Source of the DNA: Octopus sinensis
Taxonomy: Eukaryota
Direction: 5' to 3'
NCBI RefSeq assembly: GCF_006345805.1
Contig: NC_043000.1
Span: 60,016,001-60,080,000, forward strand
Length of the DNA: 64,000 nt
Of the stretch, positions 12,513 through 24,574 are shown piece by piece. A program made the position numbers and the translations under genes. The stretch's first letter is position 1. Each line of letters starts with the position of its first letter. Below the pieces are notes generated by a model. That model ran no database searches and was not told where the DNA came from. It saw nothing but the letters and a program-made list of their open reading frames with translations.

Positions 12513-13614
12513 GTGGAGTAGAGTTTAATTCTAAATCTGTTCATGAAATAAAGATGGGCTGCTTTATTATTAGACGTTAGTAATGATAGGTAAAATAATG
12601 TTAGAATATTGAACTCAAGTCTATATCACACACATACACACAAACACAGGTCTAAATTTGCAAATTCTGAAACATGATTACATTTTACTATGTCCAAAAT
12701 AATCAATAAAGTCATTCATATGCCAGTATATATAGAGTATGTACATAAGAGTAGGTATGTATATGCTATATATAGATATTCTAACCAATGACAATGTATA
12801 CCTGCATGCCTGTATTATTATCATGCATTATAAGCAACAGATTATTTAATTTTTGTAAATAAGTAACACCAAACAAAATTTGGTAAAAAGAAATCATAAT
12901 GATGATGAAGAGAAAACTAAATAAACGAAAAAAGAGAATGTAATAGTAAGAAAAAGAATGGTATATATGATGGTTGAATATGAAAGAGCATAGGTTGAAT
13001 TTTAAAGACTTTCTCAAAATGAAAGGAGGAGGAAAGAAAGAAGTAAAACATATTAATAACTAGATGTATTCAGAAATAGATAGGGGGTGACTACCAAGAC
13101 AGGTATTTGATTAGAATGGGAGGTCAGTGAAGGACAAAAATAACTCCAAATATATCAACAGTTGTAAGTAACACAAATATAAAAACAATAAATGAATAAA
13201 TAAATGAAATATAATTAACTAAACAAAAATAATTATTCATTCAACAACTGGTGTACTTTTTTTCAGGACAACTCTTTTCTTCTCTTCAAAATTGCATCAG
13301 CCTATTCATTTTTGTTTAATTTTACATCACATTTTATAAAAGACAAATAAATAAATAAATGAATGGAATTTTTTTTATTTCCATTTCTTCAGTTTTTTTT
13401 TTTTTTTTTTTCAGTTGAATGTCAACTTGAAAATTTATGAAACTTTAATAAAGATTTAAGTAGAGGAAAAATGTTTAAGTTTTATAAATCTCTAAATAAA
13501 ATGAGCTTAGATGGATAAAGCTGATATTACACTCACATACATACACAGAGATATCTATGAATCAAGTGCACTAAATAATTTTAAAATTGAACACATTATA
13601 CCAATATAGTTAGA

Positions 13615-13950
13615 AGTACATAACTGGAACTCTGTCGGTTACGATGATGAGTGTTCCAGTTGATGTGATCAACAGCACAGCCAAATCATGAAATTAACGT
13701 ACAAGTGGCTAAACACTCCACAGATGCACATGCTCTTAACATAGGTCTCAGAGAGATTCAGTGTGACACAGAATGTGACAAGGCTGGCCCTTTCAATTAC
13801 TGGTACAACTCATTTTGGCAGGTGAGTGGACTGGAGCAGTGTGAAATAAAGTGTCTTGCTCAAGGACACAACATCCCACAAGGAATCAAACTACTCTACC
13901 TTACAATCGTGAGCCAAATACCCCCAACCACTAAATCATGTGCCTTCACA
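13615..13950 (-). mobile_element. tRNA-derived SINE, family D
   Basis: gagtggactggagcagtgtgaaataaagtgtcttgctcaaggacacaac is shared with 16895 and 24169; long 3' part with gtgacacagaatgtgacaaggctggccc. Confidence 0.8.
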
Positions 13951-14094
13951 TTAGAAATACATAAATTCTAAAAAGAATCAAAACCAAACCTACCCACTCA
14001 AGAAGTTAAAAATAAATAAACACTGAATTGGATTTGTAGCAATTCATCACAACTGGAAAACAAGGATACTTGAGCCCCAACAAAGAAAATTCCA

Positions 14095-14250
14095 TGTGGT
14101 CCTGCTAGAAAGAGCAACCAAATTCTTTCGGATCATAATCTATAATCTTCCAAAAAGATATGTTAGATAATGTGGTCTTGGGATGCTCATGGTTTGAATG
14201 TCTTTGATCATACATCTGCTGGGAGAACTAACCTGGGATTAAACAACAAA
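14095..14250 (+). mobile_element. Interspersed repeat family C
   Basis: ctgctagaaagagcaaccaaattc...ctgggattaaacaacaa. Confidence 0.6.
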
Positions 14251-15057
14251 ACTTAGCAAAAAATTTCTAACCCACAAAGGCACACAAAATAACGCCTTTA
14301 TAATAATATTTTAATGAAATTAATGAATTTTTAAAACATATATGAAAGCTAAAAAGTAGTAAAGAATTATTAAAATGTTTTAGAACAACAACAATAAAGG
14401 GGGAAATGCTGAAAAGAGTTTATCCTCCCTCACTACAATTGCTTCCCTTTGTTAATGATGTAACGAGTTAAGTATCCAGAGCATTGCTATACCCACAGAA
14501 AGAGTAGTGGTGGTGGGAGGATATAAAAAGGAAAAAAGAATAAGAATAAAATAAACAACAATCTGCCAACTGAGCAGACCCTTAAATGTTGAAATATCAT
14601 TTTCAGACTGTTATAACTGTCAGCAGTTTTGTTTTATTTTCATTTCCTTTTTTTTTCCTCCTCACCTTCCTCCTATTTTTTTTGTGGACATTTGTAGTTG
14701 CTGTCTGCAGCTGCTATTATGTTGCTTGTTGCTATTAAGTATCATGTTCAATATCATGAATACAGAATATTTTTTTAAGCACAAAACTGAAAATACACAT
14801 TCAAAATATTTGAAGAACTCTACTACATCTACTACTAATTTTAGTTCCAACATTCATTATTATTCTTAGATGCTTTCCCTTATGGCACTAGGGATTTGTA
14901 TTGTCATCATAATTTCTACTATCCTATATATATAATATGTCAACAGATTTACAAAGCGTGGGAAATGCAAGACAAATTTCATATTTTGCACTCTTTACCC
15001 TTTAGATTTACTTATGTTATCAGTTATAATGATTTCTGTGGCTTGTCTAAATAATTC

Positions 15058-15272
15058 TTTCTATTATAGCCACACAACTTGAAATTCTGGGGGTGGGGGC
15101 CAGCTGATTACACCAACCCCAGTGTTTAACTGGTACTTATTTTATTGACCCTGAAAGGATGAAAGGCAAAGTTAATTTTGGTAGGATTAAACTCAGAATG
15201 TAAAGAACTGGAATAAACACCACTAAGCATTTTGCCCAACTTGCTAATGATTCTGTCAACTCACCACCTTAA
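15058..15272 (-). mobile_element. tRNA-derived SINE, family B
   Basis: actggtacttattttattgaccctgaaaggatgaaaggcaaagt...aactcagaatgtaaag is the reverse complement of the 38270-type element. Confidence 0.85.
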
Positions 15273-15299
15273 TAACAACAACAACAACAATAATTATTA

Positions 15300-15487
15300 T
15301 AATAAGCCTTTCTACTAAAGGCACAAGGCCTGAAATTTTCAGGTGTAAGTCAATTACACTGATCCCAGTGTTGCGGCCAAAAGGATGAAAGGCAAAGTCA
15401 ATCTTTGAACTCAGAACATAAAGCGGATGGAATACCACTAATCGTTTTTTCCCCGGAGTGCTCATGATTTTGCCAGCTTGCCACCTT
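15300..15487 (-). mobile_element. tRNA-derived SINE, family B (second adjacent copy)
   Basis: aaggatgaaaggcaaagtcaatctttgaactcagaacataaag...gccagcttgccacctt. Confidence 0.8.
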
Positions 15488-16894
15488 AAATAATAAACAA
15501 TAGTAATAGTAATACATTACTATACATTGCCTACTGAAGCAAACTTCAGTATATTACTGTTAAATATTTTATGAAACGAAGTGGAATGAAAGATAAAGTT
15601 AAATCAAGAGTAAATAAATTCAAAAGACTTAAGAATTTAGTTAGCATCTAGTGCAACCTGTGGCATATGGTGGTTGCTATCAGCTACCTTGCTGAGTATA
15701 CCAACTTTAGCATAAGCTCACTCAAAAATAAACACAAAGTATCAGATTATATCATGATACTATAAGAACTGAATTATAATAAAGAAAAATTTACCAACTT
15801 CGGTGGACATGCAGTGTTCATCTAACGCAACCAAAATATATATCCTGGGTACCTCCCAACTTTTATTTATTTATTTATTTAGTTAGTTATTTATTTTTTT
15901 GCACAGGTCTTTTCCACCAAAATATTAATAAATAAAATGTTGTAACTGATAATAAAAACAAAATGAACTCTCGCCCCATACTGAAACATATGTTAGTTAT
16001 ATAAGCTTAACTTTGTCTAATGGCTGGTTCTCTATATTGAGCTTGATATCTTTCTATCAAGAACATTCTTAATCTATATAAATCTCGTATTTGCTCCTTA
16101 GAGATTTATAAAGATAAAGAATACATTTGGAAGCATTGTCACATCTGGGCTGGTGTTACTCAACTGGTTTTCTTTCTCTCTTTGATCTAATTCAAAAGCA
16201 AGTTGTTTCTCAAGTTACTGACCCAGTTTTGATAATTAAACTTCAACCCTTTCTCACATCACTGTTAATGTTGCTCTTTTATTTCTTTTCTTTGACTATT
16301 TCCATGGTCAATATTCTGCCAAACTCTATTCTGTTAAGCCTACTAATCAAGTGACTCAACTTCCTGAAAAGTCTCTTTATTTTATTGCTTTGTCCCCTCT
16401 CTAATAAGTTTTTCTACTCTAGTAGCTCCTTTTCCAAGTAAAAATACAATGTTAATTCTTCTTCAAAATTTTATGTTAATCATTTTCTGCTTCTTAGGGC
16501 AGCTGCATCACATTTTAGTTCTTTACATTTTACTTATGCAACTCACGTCATACTAAGTGGTTGCTTAAAATTTGCAACTTACCACCTTGTTCTCTATAAC
16601 ATAATGTAATGAGAGTACAGAAATTCAGCAACTGGAGTATAACTATTACATCTTGTTTGTGATCTAATTAGTTATTAGGTAAGTAAAGTGTTATTCTCTA
16701 ATGGGGCGAGGTCTGTAGTCAAAAAGGAGAGGCTAAATTCAAGTTTGCCATGAATTAGCACTAATATAAACAATAGTACTTGATTTAATAACTAAATTAA
16801 GATTCAACAAAATAGCCAACCTTAAGCATTTAAGGTTTATTATCTTAGATAAATATCTCCCATGAAAAAAGTTTTTTAAAACTAGCACTAGTTA

Positions 16895-17190
16895 CAATGA
16901 AAAGGATTCCAGTTGATCCAATCAATGGAACAGCCTGCTTATGAAATAAACATGCAAGTGGTTGAGTACTCCACAGACATGCATACCTTTAACATAGTTC
17001 TCAGGAAGATTCAGTGTGACACAAAGTGTGACAAGGCTGGCCCTTTTGAAATACAGGTACAACTCATTTTTGCCAGCTGAGTGAATTGGAGCAAGTGTCT
17101 TGCTCAAGGACACAACACACTACCAGGAACTGAACTCACAAGTTTACGATTGTGAGCTGAATACTCTAACCACAAAGCTATGTGCCTTCC
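16895..17190 (-). mobile_element. tRNA-derived SINE, family D
   Basis: Aligns with 13615-13950 (gattcagtgtgacacaaagtgtgacaaggctggccc; agtgtcttgctcaaggacacaac). Confidence 0.8.
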
Positions 17191-18510
17191 TTCACTTGCA
17201 CCATAAAAAGTAGCTATAAAATGGACGTACCTTCTATTATCAATACTTATAATGCCAGCCCACTGAAGACCATCTTCAATTCCATGATACAAGTTGCCTC
17301 ATTTTAAAGTCTTCATATTTGACTTTTTATTCTTTTATTTTCTGTAAAAATTCTTTGTTATGTTTCAAATAACAGTTTAATAATGAAGACATCAGTTACT
17401 TTGCAAAACTTTCTAAATCAATGATACATTTTCATAGAGTATTTTATTAGAAATATGTTTATGAAAGAGTTAACCTAGTTATTACAAATTCCATTTACCA
17501 AACAGCATCAAAATGCTCAGTCAGGAGGTGAAAAGGACTTCTCCATTTTATTTTCATGCTATCTATTCAGATTTACAACACTGCCTCAAGTTTCTAACTG
17601 CTACAATATAAAGTAAACAAACTTGAAAAGGTCATCTCTTTGCTGTCACTATCCTCCAGTCTTTCAGAATGTCACTAATTATACAGGTTTTTAGTCCCAT
17701 CTATGTATTTAGCAAATTGCATAGCTGAATATCAGTTGTGGGCTTTTTTCTCAATGAATAAAATCTTATCAATTTTCGGATCATGTCATAGGCAGATAAG
17801 ATGAATCAAGTGAAAATTAGATTTGTTTTACTTCAGTTCCATCTACATCTGGCATGATATACTTTAATGAATATAAATATTAGTATAGTTGTGATGCTGT
17901 CTAAATGTACAAACATATATATGTACTTGTAGCTCTCTATGCGTAAGAAAGGAAGTTGTTTAATGAAATGTTATCATTTTCTTAAGTTTTATCTAGGTAA
18001 TAAACAACTCCTAGTACCAGTATTTAAAGTCTAACAGTAATGTGGCATGGCATATCACTTACTATCTAGTTAACACCAGTTCCTAGCAGTTCTGCTTATG
18101 AAACATCAACGAGATATCCTGGACTTTCCCTCTGTTGCTTTCTCTAAGTATTTAGAATGATTTCAGCTCAGCATTACAAGCTAACAAATCACTTATCAAT
18201 TTTACATTTTCCACCACTGCACTGCACTTTCTTATAGTAAATATTTCCTAATTCACAAACAGGCTTATAAATGTTTAACATTAAGTAGATAAGACAAATC
18301 TCTTGCCAGACAGGACAAGTCTATTTCACTCAACTTTCCAGTTAGGTGAATTAAGATATGTAATATTATGTATTGTATATTATATATAATACATCAATAA
18401 AGAGTGAAATACACACAATGGATTTCAAAGTTAAGTTATATATTGATATTGTATCCAGTCAGGATTTAGTATCAGAACACGGTATCAAAGATTATCATTA
18501 AAAAGAAAGT

Positions 18511-18880
18511 CTGAAATACTTCCATCAGACAAACTAACTTTTGTATTATGTTGACAAGACCATGTTACGGATAACAAAATTCTTGGTCAGACTAGACTCA
18601 CCAGCAGTATTGAGTTGGCTACACTTAAAATAATGTTGGATCAACTGCTAAATATTCTTCTGTACAGAGAATTGCAAGAAAGAACAGGTCCATTAAAATC
18701 TCTAAGACAGCAATAAAAGAACCAATGTAAATATTGGAAAGTTTTAATATTAATATTTCTTCATGGGCTGTTCATGCATCTGATCATGATCATCAAAAAT
18801 ACCACAATGGATACGACTTCTATTACCAAAAAGCGAAAGCTGAGAAAAAGAGGGCATTGACAAAAAGAAACACAAGAAAA
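18511..18880 (+). mobile_element. Decayed RTE/BovB-like LINE ORF2 C-terminal fragment
   Basis: Frameshifted translation LKYFHQ..., QDHVTDNKILGQTRLTSSIE, LLYRELQ, KRKAEKKRALTKR resembles the RTE pattern FHQRCLR..W.D.ITN.EVL...SIE..LYGEL. Confidence 0.55.
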
Positions 18881-19254
18881 ACCAGTTCCCACTTATATTC
18901 AATTTGACTCAGGACTGAAGACAAAGAAAATAAAGGGAAAGAATGCCCATGATAGGAAGGAGAGAGAGAGGAGGGGAGAGATACAGATAGGTACGTTTGG
19001 AAGGAAAAGAAATATGAATGAAGCAGATTAAGAATAAACTGGCAGAAGCAGGAAAAAATAGAAATGTTCTGCTAGAAGTTATGCCATGTAAATGATAGTA
19101 ATTAAACCATGCATATTTTAGCTACAGACATGACACAACACAAAATGACAGGGTATATGCATCAACGACCCATTGGCTACTTGTTCAGTACCTAACCAAT
19201 TTGGCCTTCCATTTTCTCAAAATACTAATATTAATGATAATAATAAAGATGATG

Positions 19255-19515
19255 ATTCTTTATGCTATAGGCACTAGCACCAGGTTTGAAATTTGGAGGA
19301 GGGGGATAATCTATTACATCAACCGTAGTGCTCAATAATGATAATTTCAAATTTCAGCACAAAGCCAGCAAGTTCAGGGTATGGGTTATGTCGATAACAT
19401 TAACCCCAGTAGGATGAAAGGCAAAGTTGACTTTGGTGGAATTTGCACTCAGAACATAGCAGTGGGAAAATACTGCTAAGCACACATGCAGTGTGCTTAA
19501 AAATTCTGCCATCTT
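19255..19515 (-). mobile_element. Family B SINE fragments
   Basis: ggatgaaaggcaaagttgactttggtggaatttgcactcagaac and ggcacaaagccagcaag motifs. Confidence 0.7.
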
Positions 19516-19522
19516 ATAGCTA

Positions 19523-19572
19523 TATTATTATTATTATTATTATTATTATAATAATAATAATAATAATAGTAA

Positions 19573-19613
<41 letters not shown>
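19523..19613. repeat. Compound microsatellite (TAT)n(TAA)n(TAG)n
   Basis: Direct reading of the sequence. Confidence 0.95.
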
Positions 19614-19654
19614 AATTTCTAATTTGGACACAAGGCCAAACAGTAATTAAACTT

Positions 19655-19727
19655 TACAAAGTTCAGATATTGATCATATTACCTCTCACCTGCAAAGCAA
19701 GTGCTCTACCATTTGAGCTAATTCTTC
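19655..19727 (-). pseudogene. tRNA-Ala (TGC) pseudogene
   Basis: Minus strand GAAGAATTAGCTCAAATGGTAGAGCACTTGCTTTGCAGGTGAGAGGTAATATGATCAATATCTGAACTTTGTA aligns end to end with metazoan tRNA-Ala (GGGGAATTAGCTCAAATGGTAGAGCGCTCGCTT-AGC-ATGCGAGAGGTAGCGGGATCGATGCCC...). It shows CpG decay and broken acceptor and T stems. Confidence 0.75.
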
Positions 19728-19739
19728 AAAGGATAGCAA

Positions 19740-20050
19740 TAATAATTGTTTCTAGCTTAGTTACAGGGCCAGAAATTATTTTATTGACTCTAAAAGGATG
19801 AAAGGGAAAACTGATCAACACAAGATTTGAAGTCAAAGTATAAAGAGTAGGAACAAATACTGCAAGGCATTTTGTCCAATACTTTAACACTTCTGCCAAT
19901 TCACCACCATAATAATAATTGCCCTTAACATACAAATAAGGCCACACATTTTCAGGAAGGGAAACAGTTGATTAGATTATATAAAGCTCAGTACTTAGTC
20001 AGCTGATACTCGTTTTATCAACACCTAAAAGGATGAAAGTGAAATCACCT
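19740..20050 (-). mobile_element. Family B SINE fragments (two)
   Basis: aaaggatgaaagggaaaactgatc...gatttgaagtc and aaaggatgaaagtgaaatc motifs. Confidence 0.6.
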
Positions 20051-21031
20051 TGACCAGATTTGCATAGAAATTGTGAAGGAATATTTCTGTCAATACAGCT
20101 TCTTCATTCTGAATAATAGTTACAATATAATTCATTGTAATCTCAGTTATTGATGATGATAAACAGAGACATATATATTTAGATATTTATTTCATGGACT
20201 ATGAAATGACTTTTGATGGCAGCGGTGATGATGATGATAACGACATACTGCATTATGATACTTCAAAACAAACTTAGTGATGTAATATTCAGTGTTTGTA
20301 ACTGCAAAAAGATACTGATATGAGAAATAGCTCTGACTGTATGTAAGATTTATCTTTGAAATGAAGCATAATATAAGATCACAAAGTAATTACTGTTGCT
20401 ACGAATGGAATATGATTTAAAATGAAAGAAAAAAAAATTCTGAGGCACAGGGTTATATGAAAGTGAAGGAGAGAAAAGAAAGAGACAGAACCAGAAGGAA
20501 ATTGCACTTGATACAGAATGAAGTAAGGAAAGATAGAGATCATAAAAAAAAGAATAGGAAAATGAAGAGGATAGCATATTTAAGAGGATTGAAAATGATG
20601 CAAAGGGTTGAAGGTGGTAAAATAGAAAGTGAGGGGTAAAGATGGTAAAACAGAGAGTAGGTGGATGTGGTAAGAGAGAAAGAAAGAGGTAGATAGTGAA
20701 AGTAAAGATGAGACATACTTATGAGTAAGGGAAAAAATGGAAAGGGAGAAGATAGAGATGGTTATGTGAGAAAGAAAACAAAAACTACAAATAAAAAGGT
20801 TTGAGAAAAAGCTAGGAAGAAATGTCTCAGCTCAAAGTCATGGCAAGTAAATGAGAGCAATTAAACCTTCTTCATATAACTCATTACATTATAATCAATC
20901 ATAATAAAAGCTGAAATACAAGACTGAGTTTATTTTAGGTGTTGCTCTACTATTTATAAGATTTCTATCTGAAACATAACAACTAGATGTAAATTCCTAA
21001 AAATAACAAAGATTCAAACCAAGAACATTGT

Positions 21032-21058
<27 letters not shown>

Positions 21059-21062
<4 letters not shown>

Positions 21063-22496
21063 ATAAATATTAGGGAATATATCCAAATTTACAGGGAAAA
21101 AAAATCAGATTTAGGATTAAATCCAATTTTATAGTAAAATATTATAAAATATTATTTGAGACAAAACCACTATTTTGCAAAACAAACAAGGAAAGACTTA
21201 ATCAATACATAAAATTTAATAAATAGTCAAAAAAACCGCCACTACAATCGTTTCTTGTCTTGATCGACAATCTTCAGGTGGACTTCCAATCTAAAAAATC
21301 AAAATTTTAAAATATAAAAATAATACTTTTAAATAATTAAAGTATAAATGAAAAAATATAAGTATATAATCCATATATAACCTATATATAATCCATATCG
21401 AAAATATAGACTAATTACCACGAATTCCCTAAAAAAAACCATGATAAAACAAAACTCTTAAAAACATATAACGATAAAATCTCCCTTTGCTAAACTCTAT
21501 AACAAACCTATAAAGTAAACCCCCTAACCTAAACATTCACACACAAAAAACCCACACGTAAACCACAAACTCACGACTTATACACATACCTATACTAACT
21601 TATAAACCTCATTATACACCAAAACCCACTCCCTCCCCACACAGACAAATTAACACATACATCCCAAAACCTAAATAACAAACCCATATACACATTCACA
21701 CACAAACACACACTCACACGCAAAACACTCACACACAAAAGATACATATACTCCCTCACATATACGCCTATACATACTCACTAAACTCGACATATACAAC
21801 AATACTTACACACCCACAAAAAACATTATATACATTTATGAGCTTTAACTCACCTTAGCATCTCTAACAAACAACTTGCAGTAACCCAATCCCATTCTCT
21901 ATGCCTACCTCACTACTACACTATTCCATTCACATTCCAAGCAACGCTAGTCCACCACCCGGTTATTCACGTGGCAAAACGAACACCACTCAAAAATTAT
22001 GAATGAAACAATGTAAAAAAATAACCAACACTAAAATATACAAAATACCACAAATTACCTAAAAAAAACCATGATAAACCAAAACTCATAAAAGCATATA
22101 ACGATAAAATCTCCCTTTGCTAAACCCTATAACAAACTTATATAGCAATCCCCCTAACCTAAACATTCACACACAAAAAACCCACACGTAAACCACAGAC
22201 CCAAGACTTATACACAAACCTATACTAACTTATAAACCTCAATATACACCAAAAACCACTCCCTCCCCACACAGACAAATTAACACATACATCCCAAATC
22301 CTAAATAACAAACCCAAATACACATTCACACACAAACACACACTCACACGCAAAACACTCACACACAAAAGATACATATACTCCCTCACATATACGCAGG
22401 CGGTTTTTTTGACTATTTATTAAATTTTATGTATTGATTAAGTCTTTCCTTGTTTGTTTTGCAAAATAGTGGTTTTGTCTCAAATAATATTTTATA
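21059..22496 (-). mobile_element. Non-autonomous Penelope-like element (PLE) with hammerhead ribozyme, inverted terminal copy and internal direct repeats, inserted in (TA)n
   Basis: Perfect 98-bp inverted repeats (21143-21240 and 22399-22496); 340-bp direct repeats (21428-21767 and 22058-22397); hammerhead core at 21239-21281; (TA)n on both flanks; no RT or GIY-YIG ORF seen. Confidence 0.8.
21239..21281 (-). ncRNA. Minimal type-I hammerhead ribozyme
   Basis: Minus strand CCAC-CUGAAGA-UUGUC(GAUCAA)GACAA-GAAAC(GAUU)GUA|GUGG. Stem I CCAC/GUGG, core CUGANGA and GAAA, 5-bp stem II, 2-bp stem III, GUA cleavage triplet (cut between 21243 and 21242). Confidence 0.85.
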
Positions 22497-23139
22497 TATA
22501 TATATATATATATAAAATAAAGACTTCATGGGTTACATTTCAAAAGGTTAGAATTGTAAAAAGAGCTCAATGCAAGACAGAGTGAATAAAATTTCATATT
22601 GATAATACCTAACACTTGTATGCGTGTTTCAATGTCAAAGCATTTTCTTAAGGGCAGAAGAGAGAGAGAGAGAGAGAGTGTGTGTGTGTATGTGTGTGTG
22701 CGTGTGCATAATTCTCTGTATGCATATGCTTGTACATGCATATATATATTATTTATAAATGAATATTGTCTCAGTTATTTAATAATAATGTCTAATATAA
22801 ATACAAATTATGTACTAGCTTGATTATTTAAATGATACATTAATAGTAATAAGCTATAGTTTCTTTGTAAAGGCTAACTTTAAACTGTTCAGTTTCTAAG
22901 AAAATCTATGTTTAACTTCCAGAGTCAAATCTAAGATAAAATTGCAGTTAGCCAACTTAGTGCTGGATGAGGTGTTAATAGTAGATATTCTTCAGGGTGT
23001 TTTAGTAAAGCTACTTCACTATGCCATGAGAAAATATAGTTGAACACAGTAGGTTGTTGTTTAGTACCAGGTTAGTCTTTATTCAGACGTACATGATCAA
23101 AACTAAACAACTATATCCCCTTTAATATTTTTGCTCTCC

Positions 23140-23360
23140 TATCTCCCCAAGTACGATGTATCTAAGACCAGGGTTTTGTTAATATGCAGTTCTAAACTGA
23201 AATTCTCCCACAGATCTGAAGCAGGTTGTAGAAAACCATTCAAGTGTATTGCTCTTTCAGCTAATTCATGGAGGCAGTCTTCACTGGCACTCCAATCAGC
23301 AATTAAAACAAGGTTTAATTAGTGTAATCAGGATGGGAAAGTTTGCCTATCTTCACTCTA
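23140..23360 (-). mobile_element. Possible highly decayed RTE reverse-transcriptase fragment
   Basis: Minus-strand translation HRVKIGKL...SASEDCLHELAERAIHLNGFLQPASDLWENFSLELHINKTLVL weakly resembles the RTE pattern YR.DGKLFN...FGL.IN..KT.V. Confidence 0.3.
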
Positions 23361-24168
23361 TGATGAAAATCTGTTTCATACACAAAGAGAAAAATAAACA
23401 CAAAAAAGAAAGAACACTTCCATGAACAAAGTAATTCAAGCTATTGCTAATAATCAGGAATAATGAATTAGAAGAAAGCTTAAGTGTTATAGACTCCTTA
23501 AAATTAAATGGTACTTCATTTTTAAAGATTCCCTAAAATTCAATGCTAAGACCTAAATAACCTACAGATATTAAAAGAAAATAAGTTAAAACTATGCAGC
23601 TACAAGTCTCTATGTTAGTATGTATAAATGCAAATAGTAATTGTGTAACAAATAATTTATAGGAGTTGGTAAGTTACTAAAGGAATGCTCTCTTTAGCAA
23701 ATAGCTATGGTAACGAAAATAGGATATTCAAAATAGAGACAGTTTAGTGGTGAAATAACACATTCAGTATGTAATGGTCCCTTCAGAGATTTTTCAGTAT
23801 CTTCTGACAGACTGAAAAAACATTAATTCATGTATAATCTGTGGTTTTATATGGTAAGGAAACTGCTGGGAATTAAAATTATGTCTTGCACTACAGAAAA
23901 AAGTTCACTTGCTTTACCAATTTTGCGTATGTATAGGATCCAAGAACTGAGTCCTCAACATACTCAGATAAACAATATTATAATTCTACATGTTTATAAG
24001 GATTTATAGTACTTTAGGTAATATTTAGTTATACTTGAGATATCTCTTTGTATAATTACACTTACACTTGTTCTTTTAAAATTATAGGATGAAAGCAGCA
24101 CCTCTCCAAGTTGATGTAGATCTAAACTGGCAATCAAAGGCCTGATGGCTCAAGTCCCTTCACTGGTA

Positions 24169-24432
24169 ATAAATAAATAAATGTGCCCTTTTAAAGCCTA
24201 GCCAGGCTCATGGGCCTGGTTTCCTGGTTTCTATGGCGTATGTTTCCCCAGCTAGACGGACGGGACGCCAGTCCATCGCAACATTACACATTTATGCCAG
24301 CTGAGTGGACTGGAGCAACGTGAAATGAAGTGTTTTGCTCAAGAACACAACGCGTTGCCCTGTCCAGGAATCGAAACCATAATCTTAGGATCATGATGCT
24401 GACACCCTAACCACTAAGTCAGGTGCCTCCAC
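24169..24432 (-). mobile_element. Full-length tRNA-derived SINE (family D head) with 13-bp target-site duplication
   Basis: TSD cccttcactggta at 24156-24168 and 24433-24445; A-box-like TGACTTAGTGG; B-box-like GGTTTCGATTCC; central gcgatggactggcgtcccgtcc motif; (ATTT)n tail. Confidence 0.9.
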
Positions 24433-24574
24433 CCCTTCACTGGTAGTGTACTTTATTCAAGGTAAGGATATTTTGCTCTTAAATGACCAGACTGTATACC
24501 TGTATACCTATATTTAATACCATTAAAAGATACAATTCAATGTTGTAAGTGATAAGAGTAATGTTATCATTTTA

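Noticed and set aside
20420-20830. Purine-rich tract giving K/R/E-rich ORF 20457..20639
   Set aside because: Degenerate GA-rich low-complexity DNA; compositional artefact.
21300-22400. G-poor A/C-rich stretch as a mitochondrial insertion (NUMT)
   Set aside because: No mitochondrial gene or tRNA recognised; it is bounded by PLE hammerhead and inverted-repeat hallmarks.
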